In this document: positions 1 through 11,896 of the stretch, piece by piece
Layout of the letters: each line of letters begins with the position of its first letter
Position numbering within the stretch: position 1 is the first letter of the stretch
NCBI RefSeq assembly: GCF_963921235.1
Contig: NC_086109.1
Location: forward strand, 744,001 to 808,000
DNA: 64,000 nucleotides
Reading direction: 5' to 3'
From: Mobula hypostoma
Lineage: Eukaryota
The notes under the pieces: generated by a model
Database searches by the model: none
The model's input: only the letters and a program-made list of their open reading frames with translations
What the model was told of the DNA's origin: nothing
Translations under genes and position numbers: made by a program

Positions 1-91
1 GTATTCATTAAGTATCTCTGCTTTCTCCTCCGGTTCCATACACACTTTTCCACTGTCACACTTGATTGGTCCTACTCTCTAACGTCTTATC

Positions 92-1002
92 ATAGAAACA
101 TAGAAAATAGGTGCAGGAGTAGGCCATTCGGCCCTTCGAGCCTGCACTGCCATTTATTATGATCATGGCTGATCATCCAACTCAGAACCCCGCCCCAGCC
201 TTCCCTCAATACCCCCTGACCCCCGTAGCCACAAGGGCCATATCTAACTCCCTCTTAAATATAGGCAATAAACTGACCTCAACTGTTACCTGTGGCAGAG
301 AATTCCACAGATTCACCACTCTCTGTGTGAAGAAGTTTTTCCTAATCTCGGTCCTAAAAGGCTTCCCCTCTATCCTCAAACTGTGGCCCCTCGTTCTGGA
401 CTTCCCCAACATCGGGAACAATCTTCCTGCATCTAGCCTGTCCAATCCCTTTAGGATCTTATACGCTTCAATCAGATCCCCCCTCAATCTTCTAAATTCC
501 GACGAGTACAAGCCCAGTTCATCCAGTCTTTCTTCATATGAAAGTCCTGCCATCCCAGGAATCAATCTGGTGAACCTTCTTTGTACTCCCTCTATGGCAA
601 GGATGTCTTTCCTCAGATTAGGGGACCAAAACTGCACACAATACTCCAGGTGTGGTCTCACCAATGCCTTGTACAACTGCAGTAGTACCTCCCTGCTCCT
701 GTACTCGAATCCTCTTGCTATAAATGCCAGCATACCATTCGCCTTTTTCACCGCCTGCTGTACCTGCATGCCCACTTTCAATGACTGGTGTATAATGACA
801 CCCAGGTCTCGTTGCACCTCCCCTTTTCCTAATCGGCCACCATTCAGATAATAATCTGTTTTCCTATTTTTGCCACCAAAGTGGATAACTTCACATTTAT
901 CCACATTAAATTGCATCTGCCATGAATTTGCCCACTCACCCAACCTATCCAAGTTACCCTGCATCCTCTTAGCATCCTCCTCACAGCTAACACTGCCACC
1001 CA
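92..1002 (-). mobile_element. CR1 LINE family A, 5'-truncated 3' end
   Basis: RT C-terminus (WQMQFNVDKC...LVRPHLEYCVQFWSP) and (TTCTATGT)n tail; TATC repeated at 88-91 and 1004-1007. Confidence 0.92.
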
Positions 1003-1175
1003 CTATCCTCTTGCTCTTCACATACGTGTAGAATGCCTTGGGGTTTTCTTTAATCCTGCTTGTACGGCTTCTCAAGGCCCCTTCTGGCTCTCCTAATTTC
1101 ATTCTTAAACTCTTTCCTGCTAGCTTTATAATCTTCTAGATCTCTGTCATTACCTAGTTTTTTAATACTTTCATA

Positions 1176-1490
1176 TTGGGGAAGTCCAGAACGAGGGGTC
1201 ACAGTTTGAGGATAAAGGCGAAGCCCTTTAGGACTGAGATTAGGAAAAACTTCTTCACACAGAGAGTGGTGAATCTGTGGAATTCTCTGCCACAGGAAAC
1301 AGTTGAGGCCAGTTCATTGGCTATATTTAAGAGGGAGTTAGATATGGCCCTTGTGGCTAGGGGGATCAGAGGGTATGGAGGGAAGGCTGGTGCAGGGTTC
1401 TGAGTTGGATGATCAGCCATGATCATAATAAATAGCCGTGCAGGCTCGAAGGGCCGAATGGCCTACTCCTGCACCTATTTTCTATGTTTT
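1176..1490 (+). mobile_element. CR1 family A short 3' fragment
   Basis: GKSRTRGHSLRIK...WNSLP, 3' UTR and ttttctatgtttt tail; inverted relative to 92-375. Confidence 0.9.
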
Positions 1491-2377
1491 CAATGTAAGC
1501 TTTTCTTTTCTTCTTGACTAGATTTTCAACAGTCTTTGTACACCATGGTTCCCGTACCCTACCATCCTTTCCCTGTCTTATTAGAATATGCAGAATGCCA
1601 CACAAATATTCCCTGAGCATTTGCCACATTTCTGCCATACATTTCACTGAGAACATCTGTTTCTAATTTATTCTTCCAAATTCCTGCCTGATAGCTTCAT
1701 ATTTCCCCCTTACTCCAATTAGAAGCTTTCCTAGCTTGTCTGTTCCTATCTCTCTCCAGTGCTATGGTAAAGGAGATAGAATTGTGATCACTATCTCAAA
1801 AATGTTCTCCCACTGAGAGACCTGACACCTGACCAGATTCATTTCCCAATACCAGATCAAGTACAGCCTTTCCTCTTGTAGGCTTATCTGCATATTGTGT
1901 CAGGAAGCCTTCCCGAACACACTTAACAAACTCTACCCCATCTAAACCCCTTGCTCTGGGGAGTTGCCAATAACATTGGGGAAATTAAAATCTCCCACCA
2001 CTACAGCCCTGTTATTATTACACCTTTCCAGAATCTGTCTCCCTATCTGCTCCTCAATGTTCCTGTTACTATTGGGTGGTCTATAAAAAAACATACAGTA
2101 GAGTTATTGACAACTTGCTGTTTCTAACTTCCACCCACAGAGACTCAGCAGACAATCATTCCATGACTTCTTCCTTTTCTGCAGCCGTGACACTATCTCT
2201 GATCAACAGTGCCACTCCCCCACCTCTTTTGCCTCCCTCCCTGTCCTTTCTGAAACATCTAAAATCTGGCACTGTAAGTAACCATTCCTGTCCCAGAGCC
2301 ATCCAAGTCTCTGTCATGTCCACAACATCGTAGCTCCAAGTACTGATCCACGCTCTAAACTCATCCACTTTGTTCAT

Positions 2378-2709
2378 AAAAGTTGCTGGTGAACGCAGCA
2401 GGCCAGGCAGCATCTCTAGGAAGAGGTACAGTCGACGTTTCAGGCCGAGACCTTTCATCAGGACTAACGGAAAGAAGAGATAGTAAGAGATATGAAAGTG
2501 GGAGTGGGAGGGGGAGATCCAAAATGATAGGAGAAGACAGGAGGTGGAGGGATGGAGCCAAGAGCTGGAAAGTTGATTGGCAAAAGGGATATGAGGCTGG
2601 AGAAGGGAGAGGACGGGAGGCCTAAGGAGAAAGAAAGGGGGAGGGGGAAGCCCAGAGGATGGGCAAGGAGTATAGTGAGAGGGACAGAGGGAGCAAAAAT
2701 TTTTTAAAA

Positions 2710-2740
<31 letters not shown>

Positions 2741-3075
2741 AACGGGTGGGGTACGAAGGGGAGGAGGGACATTAACGGAAGTTAGAGAAGTCAATGTTCA
2801 TGCCATCAAGTTGGAGGCTACCCAGACAGAATATAAGGTGTTGTTCCTCCAACCTGAGTGTGGCTTCATCTTTAAAGCAGAGGAGGCCGTGGATAGACAT
2901 GTCAGAATGGGAATGGGATGTGGAATTAAAATGTGTGGCCACTGGGAGATCCTGCTTTCTCTGGCGGACAGAGCGTAGGTGTTCAGTGAAACGGTATATT
3001 GGCGAGACCCGACACAGGCTGCGAAACCGCTTGTGTTGTTGCTTGGAACTCCAGCATCTGCAGATTTTCCTCATG
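2378..3075 (-). mobile_element. Penelope-like element remnant (GIY-YIG C-terminus, terminal repeat with hammerhead, short inverted segment)
   Basis: RFTEHLRSV...VATHFNS...EQHLIFCLGSL..GMNIDF on minus; YIGETRHRL on plus at 2995-3030; 13-bp TSD ccactttgttcat at 2365-2377 and 3076-3088. Confidence 0.88.
2430..2465 (-). ncRNA. minimal hammerhead ribozyme motif
   Basis: minus strand AGTC-CTGATGA-A-AGGTCTCGGCCT-GAAAC-GTC-GACT: stem I AGTC/GACT, core boxes, stem II hairpin, palindromic ACGT stem III. Confidence 0.75.
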
Positions 3076-3262
3076 CCACTTTGTTCATGATGCTTCTTGC
3101 ATTAAAATACACATCTCAAACCATTGGTCTGAGCGTATCCCTTCTCTGTCACCTACCTATCCTCGCTCTGGCACAGTCTCCAAGCTTTTTCTATTTGTGA
3201 GCCAACTGCCCCTTCCTCCGTCTCTTCAGTTCAGTTCCCATCCCCCAGCAATTCTAGTTTAA

Positions 3263-3351
3263 GCAAAACTCACAACATGCTGGAGGAACTCAGCAGGTCG
3301 GGCAGCATCCGTGGAAAAGATCAGTCAACATTTTGTGCCGGAACCCTTCGT
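3263..3351 (-). mobile_element. short Penelope terminal-repeat insertion with degenerate hammerhead
   Basis: similar to 2378-2465; 14-bp TSD caattctagtttaa at 3249-3262 and 3352-3365. Confidence 0.8.
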
Positions 3352-3884
3352 CAATTCTAGTTTAAACTCTCCCCAATAGCTTTAGCAAATCTCCCTGCCA
3401 GGATATTGGACCCCTTGGATTCAAGTGCAACCTGTCATTTTTGTACAGGTCATGCCTGTCCCTAAAGAGGTCCCAATGATCCAGAAATCTGAATTGCTGC
3501 TCAATGCTCCAATCCCTCAGCCACACATTTATCCTCCACCTCAGTCTATTCCTATATTCATTGTCATATGGCACTGGTAGTAATCCCAAAGTTACTATCT
3601 TAGAGGTCCTGTTTCTCAACTTCCTTCCTAACTCCCTGTAGTCTGTTCTCAGGACCCTCTCCCTTTTCCTTCTTATGTTGTTGGTACCAATATGTACCAC
3701 GACCTCTGGCTGTTCACCTTCCCACTTCAGGATATCGTGTGCGCGATCAGCAACATCCCGGACCCTGGCACCTGGGAGGGAATCTACCATCCATGTTTCT
3801 TTCCTGCATAGGTTATTGGTGAGGCTGCACTTCAAGTAATGCATCAATTTTTGGTCACCCTGTTAATGGAAAAAACATTTAAAA

Positions 3885-4580
3885 ACTGTTTCCTGGTGCG
3901 GCCTCTTGCACATTAGTGATAGATTGGGGAAACTGCTTTGTTGAGCAACTTTGCTGCATCTGAAACCGGGAGGATTTCAGTGGTCAACCACGTTAATTCC
4001 ACTCCCCATTTTCATTTCAACATGTTGGTCCATGGCTTCCTCTATTGCCATGATGAGCTCACTCTCAGTTTGGAGGAGCAACACTTCCTATTCCATTTGG
4101 GCAGCCTTCAACTTGAAGGCATAAACATCAATTTCTCTGACTTCCAGTAATTTCTTCCCCTCCACCCACCCCCCTCTCCTTTTCCATTCCTCATTCTGGC
4201 TCCACCCTTAACCTTTCTCTTCTCCTCACCAGTCTACCACCTACCTTGGTGCTGCTCCTTCTTTCCTTTCTCCCATTGTCCACTCTTCTCTCCTGTCAGA
4301 TTCCTTCTTTTTCAGCCCTTTATCTTTTCCACCCACCATCTCCCAGGTTCTCATTTCATCTCTCCTCTCCCACCCACCCACCTTCCCCATCATCTGGTTT
4401 TATCTATCAGCTTCCCTTGTAGATTGTACTCCTTCTCTCCTCCCCCGCCCTCCCAACCTTCTTATTCTCGCTTCTTCTCTCTTCCCCCCCAGTCCTGATG
4501 AATGGCCTCAGCTAGAAATGTCGACTCTTTACTGCTCTTTATAGATACTGTGTGTTCCTCCTCCATTTTGTGTGTGTTAC
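3885..4580 (+). mobile_element. older Penelope-like remnant (GIY-YIG C-terminus and 3' repeat)
   Basis: ORF 3938-4150 (HVNSTPH...EEQHFLFHLGSLQLEGININFSDFQ) homologous to 2772-2990. Confidence 0.8.
4491..4526 (+). ncRNA. minimal hammerhead ribozyme motif (variant)
   Basis: AGTC-CTGATGA-A-TGGCCTCAGCTA-GAAAT-GTC-GACT. Confidence 0.6.
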
Positions 4581-5195
4581 ATAGAACATAGAAATTTACA
4601 GCACATTACAGGCCCTTCGGCCCACAATATTGTACCGACCATGTAACCTACTCTAGAGACTGCCTAGAATTTCCCTAGCGCATAGCCCTCTATTTTTCAA
4701 AGCTCTATGTAAAGGGTGTTGCACTGGAATTAAACTGGAAGGACTGTGGAGAAAATTTATGAGAATGTTCTTACGACTAAAGGTCCTAAGATATAAGGAA
4801 AGGTTTGTCAGGCCAGTTATTAATCCTTGGATAATGAGGGCTGACCTTATAGAAGTGTTTAAAAATTATGAGAGTCACAGATAATGTGGATGGTATGGTA
4901 CAGGAGTCCAATTTTGGTGTTATAGATGTAAAGTAAGAAGGGAAAGTTTAAAGGGGGCCTGAGAAGCAACATCTTCATGCAGATGTGGTGAGTGTATGGG
5001 ATGAGCTGCTACAGGAAATGGCTCAGGCAGGTACAATGGGATAATTTAAGCAGCACTTGGAGAGGTACATGGATCGGTAGAGTTTTGAGAGATAGAAGCT
5101 GAACACAGGAAATTGAGACTAGCTGGGTGGGCACCATGATTGGCATGGACTTGATGGGCTAAAGGGTATGTAGCCTTACTATATTGCTCTATAAC
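4581..5195. mobile_element. CR1 3' end fragments (family B tail on minus, older CR1 3' end on plus)
   Basis: atagaacatagaaa tail and B-type 3' UTR; degraded 'RADLIEVFKIM' region. Confidence 0.6.
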
Positions 5196-5689
5196 AGTGA
5201 CAGACTGCCAGACCCACTGAAATGCTAGCTGTGATCTCCTGGTCCAGATTACATTGAAACGGCTATTGATGTGGGATCCTTGTGTAGAGAAATAACTGAG
5301 GCAATGGTTGAGGCAAGAAAGAGGTGTGGGCTTGACTGAGACAGGGGAATGTCTGCACGCCTAGCTGAGTTAAAATTAACTGCAGCCACTGGAAAGCTGA
5401 GTGCAGACTGACACTCAACAGCTGGGAAATGGCTAAATATAGATGACATAGAGTGAGCTCTTCACATGTAGAGTACTGAGACACAATCTCCTCCCACAAT
5501 TTCCTTCCCACATTCACCCCACCCTCCTTAACACACTCCTTCACCCTCTCTCTCCCACCCCCTCAGTCACTTAATCCCACCCGTCCACATTCACTTCCTC
5601 CCCCAGATTTAGGAACCCATCCACTCCCCTCCCTCCCACACTCATTTTTTTCCAATACAACAGTCCCCAAACCCTCCTATACTTTCTTC

Positions 5690-7590
5690 CCAACTCCCCA
5701 ACACTCTCACTGACCTACCTGCACTCTCTCTCCCCCTGCCTCCTGCATTGACTCTCACTATCTCACCTGAACTCTCTCCTCACTCCTACACTCCCCATCA
5801 TCCTGCACTCTCTCCATCCCTCCTGCACTCTCTCCCATCCCTCCTGCACTCTCTCTCCCCACCCCTCCTGCACTCTCTCTCCTATCCCTCCTGCACTCTC
5901 TCCGCACCCCTCCTGCACTCTCTCTCCCCATCCCTCCTGCACTCTCTCCATCCCTCCTGCACTCTCTCCCCATCCCTCCTGCACTCTCTCCCCACCCATC
6001 CTGCACTCTCTCCCCATCCCTCCTGCACTCTCTCCATCCCTCCTGCACTCTCTCCATCCCTCCTGCACCCTCTCCCCATCCCTCCTGTGTTCTCTCCCAC
6101 CCCTCCTGCACTCTCTCCCCACCCCTCCTGCACTCTCTCCCCATCCCTCCTGCACTCTCTCCATCCCTCCTGCACTCTCTCCCCACCCATCCTGCACTCT
6201 CTCCCCATCCCTCCTGCACTCTCTCCTATCCCTCCTGCACTCTCTCCCCACCCCTCCTGCACTCTCTCTCCATCCCTCCTGCATCTCTCCTATCCCTCCT
6301 GCACTCTCTCCCCACCCCTCCTGCACTCTCTCCTGTCCCTCCTGCGTTCTCTCCTATCCCTCCTGCGTTCTCTCCCACCCCTCCTGCACTCTCTCTCCAT
6401 CCCTCCTGCACTCTCTCCATCCCTCCTGCACTCTCTCCCCACCCCTCCTGTACTCTCTCCCCACCCCTCCTGCACTCTCTCCTATCCCTCCTGCACTCTC
6501 TCCCACCCCTCCTGCACTCTCTCCCCGCCCCTCCTGTACTCTCTCTCCCATCCCTTCCTCTCCCCACCCCTCCTGCACTCTCTCTCCCATCCCTCCCTCT
6601 CCCCACCCCTCCTGCACTCTCTCCCATCCCTCCTGCACTCTCTCCCCACCCCTCCTGCACTCTCTCCCCATCCCTCCTGCACTCTCTCCTATCCCTCCTG
6701 CACTCTCTCCCCACCCCTCCTGTACTCTCTCTCCATCCCTCCTGCACTCTCTCCCCACCCCTCCTGCACTCTCTCATAACCTCCTGCACTCTCTCCCCAC
6801 CCCTCCTGCACTCTCTCCTACCCCTCCTGCACTCTCTCATAACCTCCTGCACTCTCTCCTATCCCTCCTGCACTCTCTCCCCACCCCTCCTGTACTCTCT
6901 CCCCATCCCTCCTGCACTCTCTCCTATCCCTCCTGCACTCTCTCCCCACCCCTCCTGCACTCTCTCTCCATCCCTCCTGCATCTCTCCTATCCCTCCTGC
7001 ACTCTCTCCCCACCCCTCCTGCACTCTCTCCCCACCCCTCCTGTACTCTCTCTCCATCCCTCCTGCACTCTCTCCCCACCCCTCCTGCACTCTCTCCTAC
7101 CCCTCCTGCACTCTCTCCCCACCCCTCCTGCATTCTCTCATAACCTCCTGCACTCTTTCCTATCCCTCCTGCACTCTCTCCGCACCCCTCCTGTACTCTC
7201 TCCCCATCCCTCCTGTACTCTCTCCCACCCCTCCTGCACTCTCTCCCCACCCCTCCTGCACTCTCTCTCCATCCCTCCTGCATCTCTCCTATCCCTCCTG
7301 CACTCTCCCCATCCCTCCTGCACTCTCTCCATCCCTCCTGCACTCTCTCCCCACCCCTCCTGCACTCTCTCCCACCCCTCCTGCACTCTCTCCCCACCCC
7401 TCCTGCACTCTCTCCTATCCCTCCTGCACTCTCTCCCCATCCCTCCTGCACTCTCTCCCCATCCCTCCTGCACTCTCTCCCATCCCTCCTGCACTCTCTT
7501 CCCCTCCTTCCAGCACTCTCTCTTCTGACCTTTCTGCACTCTCTCTCCTCCCTTGGTCATGCATATTCCCTCCCTCCTGCATTCACTCTT
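5690..7590. repeat. pyrimidine-rich minisatellite, ~20-23 bp unit CCCTCCTGCACTCTCTCCCCA(T/C)
   Basis: dozens of visible tandem units; related degenerate units at ~10105-10400. Confidence 0.95.
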
Positions 7591-7599
7591 TCACCCTCT

Positions 7600-10103
7600 G
7601 GAGACAAAACTGGAGTGATAGTGCTGAGGATGAGGTAGTTGGTTTACAAACAGAGGCAGTATGTTAGGGAGGAGAGGCTGGTGATAGAGCAAAATTGCAG
7701 TCAACAGCAGGTGTTGCAATGTGAAAGGAAGATGAAATCAGAAAAAGTGAATACAGGACTGTAGGTCTTAAATTTGAATGTGCACATGTATAGAATAAAG
7801 TAGATGAACTTGTAGCATAGTTACAGATTGGCATGTATGACGTGTGGGCATCACTAAGTCACACCTGAAAGAAGATTATAGCTGGGTGCCTAACATCCAA
7901 GGATACACATTGTATCAGAAGAACAGGCAGGAAGGCAGATGGGGTGCGTGAATCTTTGGTAAAAAATCAAATCAAATCATTAGAAAGAGGTGACATAGGG
8001 TTGGAAGATGTTGAATCTTTGTGGATAGAGCTAAGGAACTGCAAGGGTAAATATACTCATGGGAGTTGTATACAGACCCCCAAACAGTAGCAAAGATGTG
8101 GTCTACAAATTATAATAGGAGATTGAAAAAGCATGCCAGCAGGGCAATGTTACAATAGTCATGGGAGATTTCAATATGCAGATAAATTGGGAAAATCAAG
8201 CTGGTGCTGTATCACAAGAGGAAGAATTTCTAGAATGCCTATGTGCTGGCTTTTTAGAGCAGCTCATGGTTGAGCCCACTAGGGGATCATCTCTTTTGGA
8301 TTGGGTGTTGTGCAATGAACCAGAATTGATTGGAGAGCTTAAGGTAAAGAAACCCTCAGGGTTTACTGATCATAATATGTTCGAATTCACCCTACAATTA
8401 AAGAAGGAGAAGCTAAAGTTAGATGTATCATTATTACAGTGGAGTAAAGGGAATTACGGTAGAGTAAAGCGACTTACAGAGGCATGAGAGAGGAGTGGCC
8501 AGAAATGATTGGAAAAGGACACTGGCAGAAATGACAGCAGAGAAGCAATGGCTGGAATTTCTCGGAGCAACTCGTAAGGCGCAGGATATATACATCCCAA
8601 CGAGAAAGAAGTGTTTTAAAGCCAGGATGATACAACCATGACTGACAGCAGAAATATAAGACAACATAAAAGCCAAAGAGAGGGCATATAATAGAGGAAA
8701 AATAGTGAGACGTTATAGGATTGGGAAGCTGTGAAAACCCAACAGAAGGCAACTGAAAAAGTCATAAAGAAAGAAAAGATGAAATACAAAAGTAAGCTAA
8801 CCAATAATATTAAAGACAATTCCAAAAGTTTCTTCAGATATATAAAGTGCAAAAGAGAGGCGACAGCAGATATTAGAATGCTGGAAAATGATTCTGGAGA
8901 GGTAGTAATGGGAAATGGCTGATGAACTGAATGAGTGTTTTGCATCACTCTTCATGGTGGAAGACACGAGCAGTATTCCGGAAGTTTGAGAGTATCAGAG
9001 GGTAGAAGTATGTGATGTCGCCATTACTAGGGAGAAGGTTCTTGGGAAACTGAAAGTCTGAATGTAGATAAGTCACCTGGACTGGATGGTATACACCCCA
9101 GGGTTCTCAAAAGGGTGGCTGAAGAGATTGTGGAGGTATTAGTAATGATTTTTCAAGAATCAATTGATTCTGCCATGTTTCTGGAGGACTGGAAAATTGC
9201 AAATGTCACATCACTCTTGAAAAAGGGTGAGAGGAGGAAGAAGAAAGGAAATTATAGGCCAGCAACACACACACAAGATGCTGGTGGAACGCAGCAGGCC
9301 AGACAGGATCCATAGGAAGAAGCACAGTCAAAGTTTCGGGCCGAGACCCTTGGTCCAAAACGTCGACTGCGCTTCTTCCTATGGATGCTGTCTGGCCTGC
9401 TGCGCTCCACCAGCATTTTGTCTGTGTTGCTTGAATTTCCAGCATCTGCAGATTTCCTCGTGTTTGCGAAATTATAGGCCAATTAGTCTGAACTCACTGT
9501 TGGGAAGATGTTGGAATTGTTTGTTAAAGATGTGGTTTTGGGTACTTGGAGGCACATGATAAAATAGGCCATAGTTAGCATCATTTCTTCAGAGGAAAAT
9601 CTGCCTAACAAATCTGTTGGAATCCTTTGAATAAATAACAAGCATGAGAGACAAAGGAGAAACAGCAGATGTTGTGTAGGCCTTTGACAGGTGACACATA
9701 TGAGGCTACTTAACAAATTAAGAGCTCATAGTATTACAGGAAAGATATTAGCAAGGATAGAACATTGGCTGCTTGGCAGGAGGTAAAGAGTGGGAATAAA
9801 GAGAGCCTTTTCTGGGTGGCTGTCGGTGACTAGTTGTGTTCCATGGCAGTCTGTATTGGGAACCATTCTTGTTACGTTATATATCAGTGATTTGGATGAA
9901 GCAATTGTTGGTTTTGTGGCCAAGTTTGCAGATGATATGAAGATAGGTGGAGGAGCAGGGAGCTTTGAGGAAGTAGAGACACTACAGAAGGACTTGAAGA
10001 CAGATTTGTTGAATGGGCAAAGAAGTGGCAGATGAAAGACAGTGTTAGGAAGTGTATGGTCATGTGCTTTGGTAGAGGAAACAAAAGCGTAGACTATTTT
10101 CTA
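7600..10103 (+). mobile_element. older CR1 LINE ORF2 remnant (EN to RT), many stops
   Basis: MGDFNMQINW, LDWVLCNEP, DWKIANVT, VAKFADDMKIGG. Confidence 0.85.
9262..9467 (+). mobile_element. fold-back Penelope-derived mini-element
   Basis: inverted arms plus 3' tail ttgaatttccagcatctgcagatttcc; 14-bp TSD gaaattataggcca at 9248-9261 and 9468-9481. Confidence 0.85.
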
Positions 10104-10634
10104 ACTCTACCATCCCTCCTGCACTCTCTCTCAATCCCTCCTGCACTCCCTCTGCCATCCTTCCTATACTCTTTCTCATCCCTCCTGAACTCTACCTCAT
10201 CCCTCCTACACAATCTCCCTTCCCTCCTACTCTCCTGTCCCTGTGGTCTGATTCCGCTCCATCCTGCTGACTCTCTCTGTCCCTCCTACACTCTCTCTTC
10301 CCTTCCTCCTGCATGCACTCACCCCCTCCTGCACTCTCTTTGCCCACCTCTCCTGTATGCTTCCCCACCCTCCTGCACTCTCTCTTCCCGCAGCCCCTGC
10401 ATATCTTTCCGTCCTTCTGCATTTGTTCTCCCTGCATCCCACTTTCAAATCAGGAGAATAAAAACAATCCCTCACCCAAAAATAGTTATGCAATCCTTTA
10501 CAGCTGAAACCTCCCTTCACTTCCTTTCCCTACATCTCTTCATCGCATAATGCAGCGGTCCCTCCCGACCTCTTCCTTCCACAGAACAGCGTTCCCTCAC
10601 TGCCCTTCTATCACTCCACTTCACCAGAACCCTT

Positions 10635-10880
10635 CCCTCATCCCTCCACTCACAGAACAGAGCTCCCTATTCATCCATCCCTCATTGCCCTTATGGGCCT
10701 CCCTCATCCCTCCTCCCACAGAACAGAGCTCCCTATTCATCCATCCCTCATTGCCCTTATGGACCTCCCTCATCCCTCCTCCCACAGAACAGCACTCCCT
10801 AATCATCCATCCCTCATTGCCCCTCACCGAAGCCTTTATCTCACCCCTCCTTCCACAGTACAGCGTACCCTAATCATCCA
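10635..10880. repeat. 66-bp tandem repeat, about 3 copies plus partial
   Basis: units start at 10635, 10701 and 10767 (ccctcatccctcc...cacagaacagagctccctattcatccatccctcattgccc). Confidence 0.85.
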
Positions 10881-10984
10881 TCCTCTTTTCCCTGACAATG
10901 GCCTCTCCCTCAGGGCTCTGTCAGATTAACCAGAAGTTGTTCACTGATAAAATTCCAAACCTAGAAAAAGGTATAACATTTCTC

Positions 10985-10990
10985 TTTAAT
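10985..10990 (-). promoter_or_regulatory. candidate polyadenylation signal (ATTAAA) for the kirrel 3' UTR
   Basis: tttaat on + strand about 1.6 kb past the stop, at the edge of non-repetitive sequence; no transcript evidence. Confidence 0.25.
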
Positions 10991-11221
10991 AGTTTTAAGT
11001 GCTCTGTGGTAGTTCCTCCATTCACGGCAATGGCCCATACCTTTGCAGCACCTGTCTCTCCTGCCACGTGAAGGAGAGAGTAATGTTCTCCCACATGTGC
11101 AGACTGACAGGCAGTACCTATTGGGACATATGGGCCCTTGTACTGTTCAGGATGAGGAGTGGAATCGTACCAGTGATAATAGTCCTTAAACGGCAGGAAC
11201 AGGACAGCTTACACACAGGGT

Positions 11222-11603
11222 GACACTCCCTTTACACTCTCCCATCACACACTCCCAGGGCAATGGTTAGACACAGTGCAGCTCCCTCTACACTCTCCCA
11301 TCACACACTCCCAGGACACGGGTCAGACACAGAGTGAAGCTCCTCTACATTGTCCCATCACACACTCCCAGGACATGGGTCAGGCATAGACTGAATCTCC
11401 CTCTACAACTGTCCCATCACACACTCCCAGGGCATGGGTCAGGCATAGACTGAATCTCCCTCTACACTGTCCCATCACACACTCCCAGGGCATTGGTTAG
11501 ACACAGAGTGGAGCTCTCTCTACACTGTCCCATCACACACTCCCAGGACACGGGTCAGACACAGAGTGAACCTCCCTCTACACTGTCCCATCACACACTC
11601 CAA
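11222..11603 (+). repeat. ~57-bp minisatellite array (CCATCACACACTCCCAGGGCATGGGTCAGACACAGAGTGAAGCTCCCTCTACACTGTC)
   Basis: 6-7 tandem units, probably inside the kirrel 3' UTR. Confidence 0.9.
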
Positions 11604-11840
11604 GATGGTGGTATGGAGACAGAAACTGTGAGCTGCCTCTTGAGGGGCAGAGGTAGTTGAAGGAAATTGTGGAAGACTTAGGGATTAGTCACGTTCTTGG
11701 GCTATCACCAGGATCTGGAATGTTGCAAAATCACGCATGTGCGATTGAAGCTTATTGTGATACATTTCAAAGCTCTTTGTTGTGATATAGAGGGGCCTGT
11801 TCCCCAGCTTATAGAATATACAGTATATATCCACAGTGTC

Positions 11841-11843
<3 letters not shown>

Positions 11844-11893
<50 letters not shown>
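11844..11893. repeat. (CA)n microsatellite
   Basis: direct reading. Confidence 0.95.

Positions 11894-11896
<3 letters not shown>

Larger units (their letters stand above)
1..3810 (-). mobile_element. CR1 LINE family B fragment (ORF1 SGNH esterase end, APE endonuclease, linker), split by four younger insertions
   Basis: pieces 1-91, 1004-1175, 1491-2377, 3089-3262 and 3366-3810 are colinear with the copy at 40907-44990; ORF 3362-3847 is esterase-like (VVVHIGTNNI). Confidence 0.85.

Noticed and set aside
5748..7560. Long ORFs (343 aa and others) on both strands
   Set aside because: Translations of a stop-poor minisatellite with no protein-like complexity.
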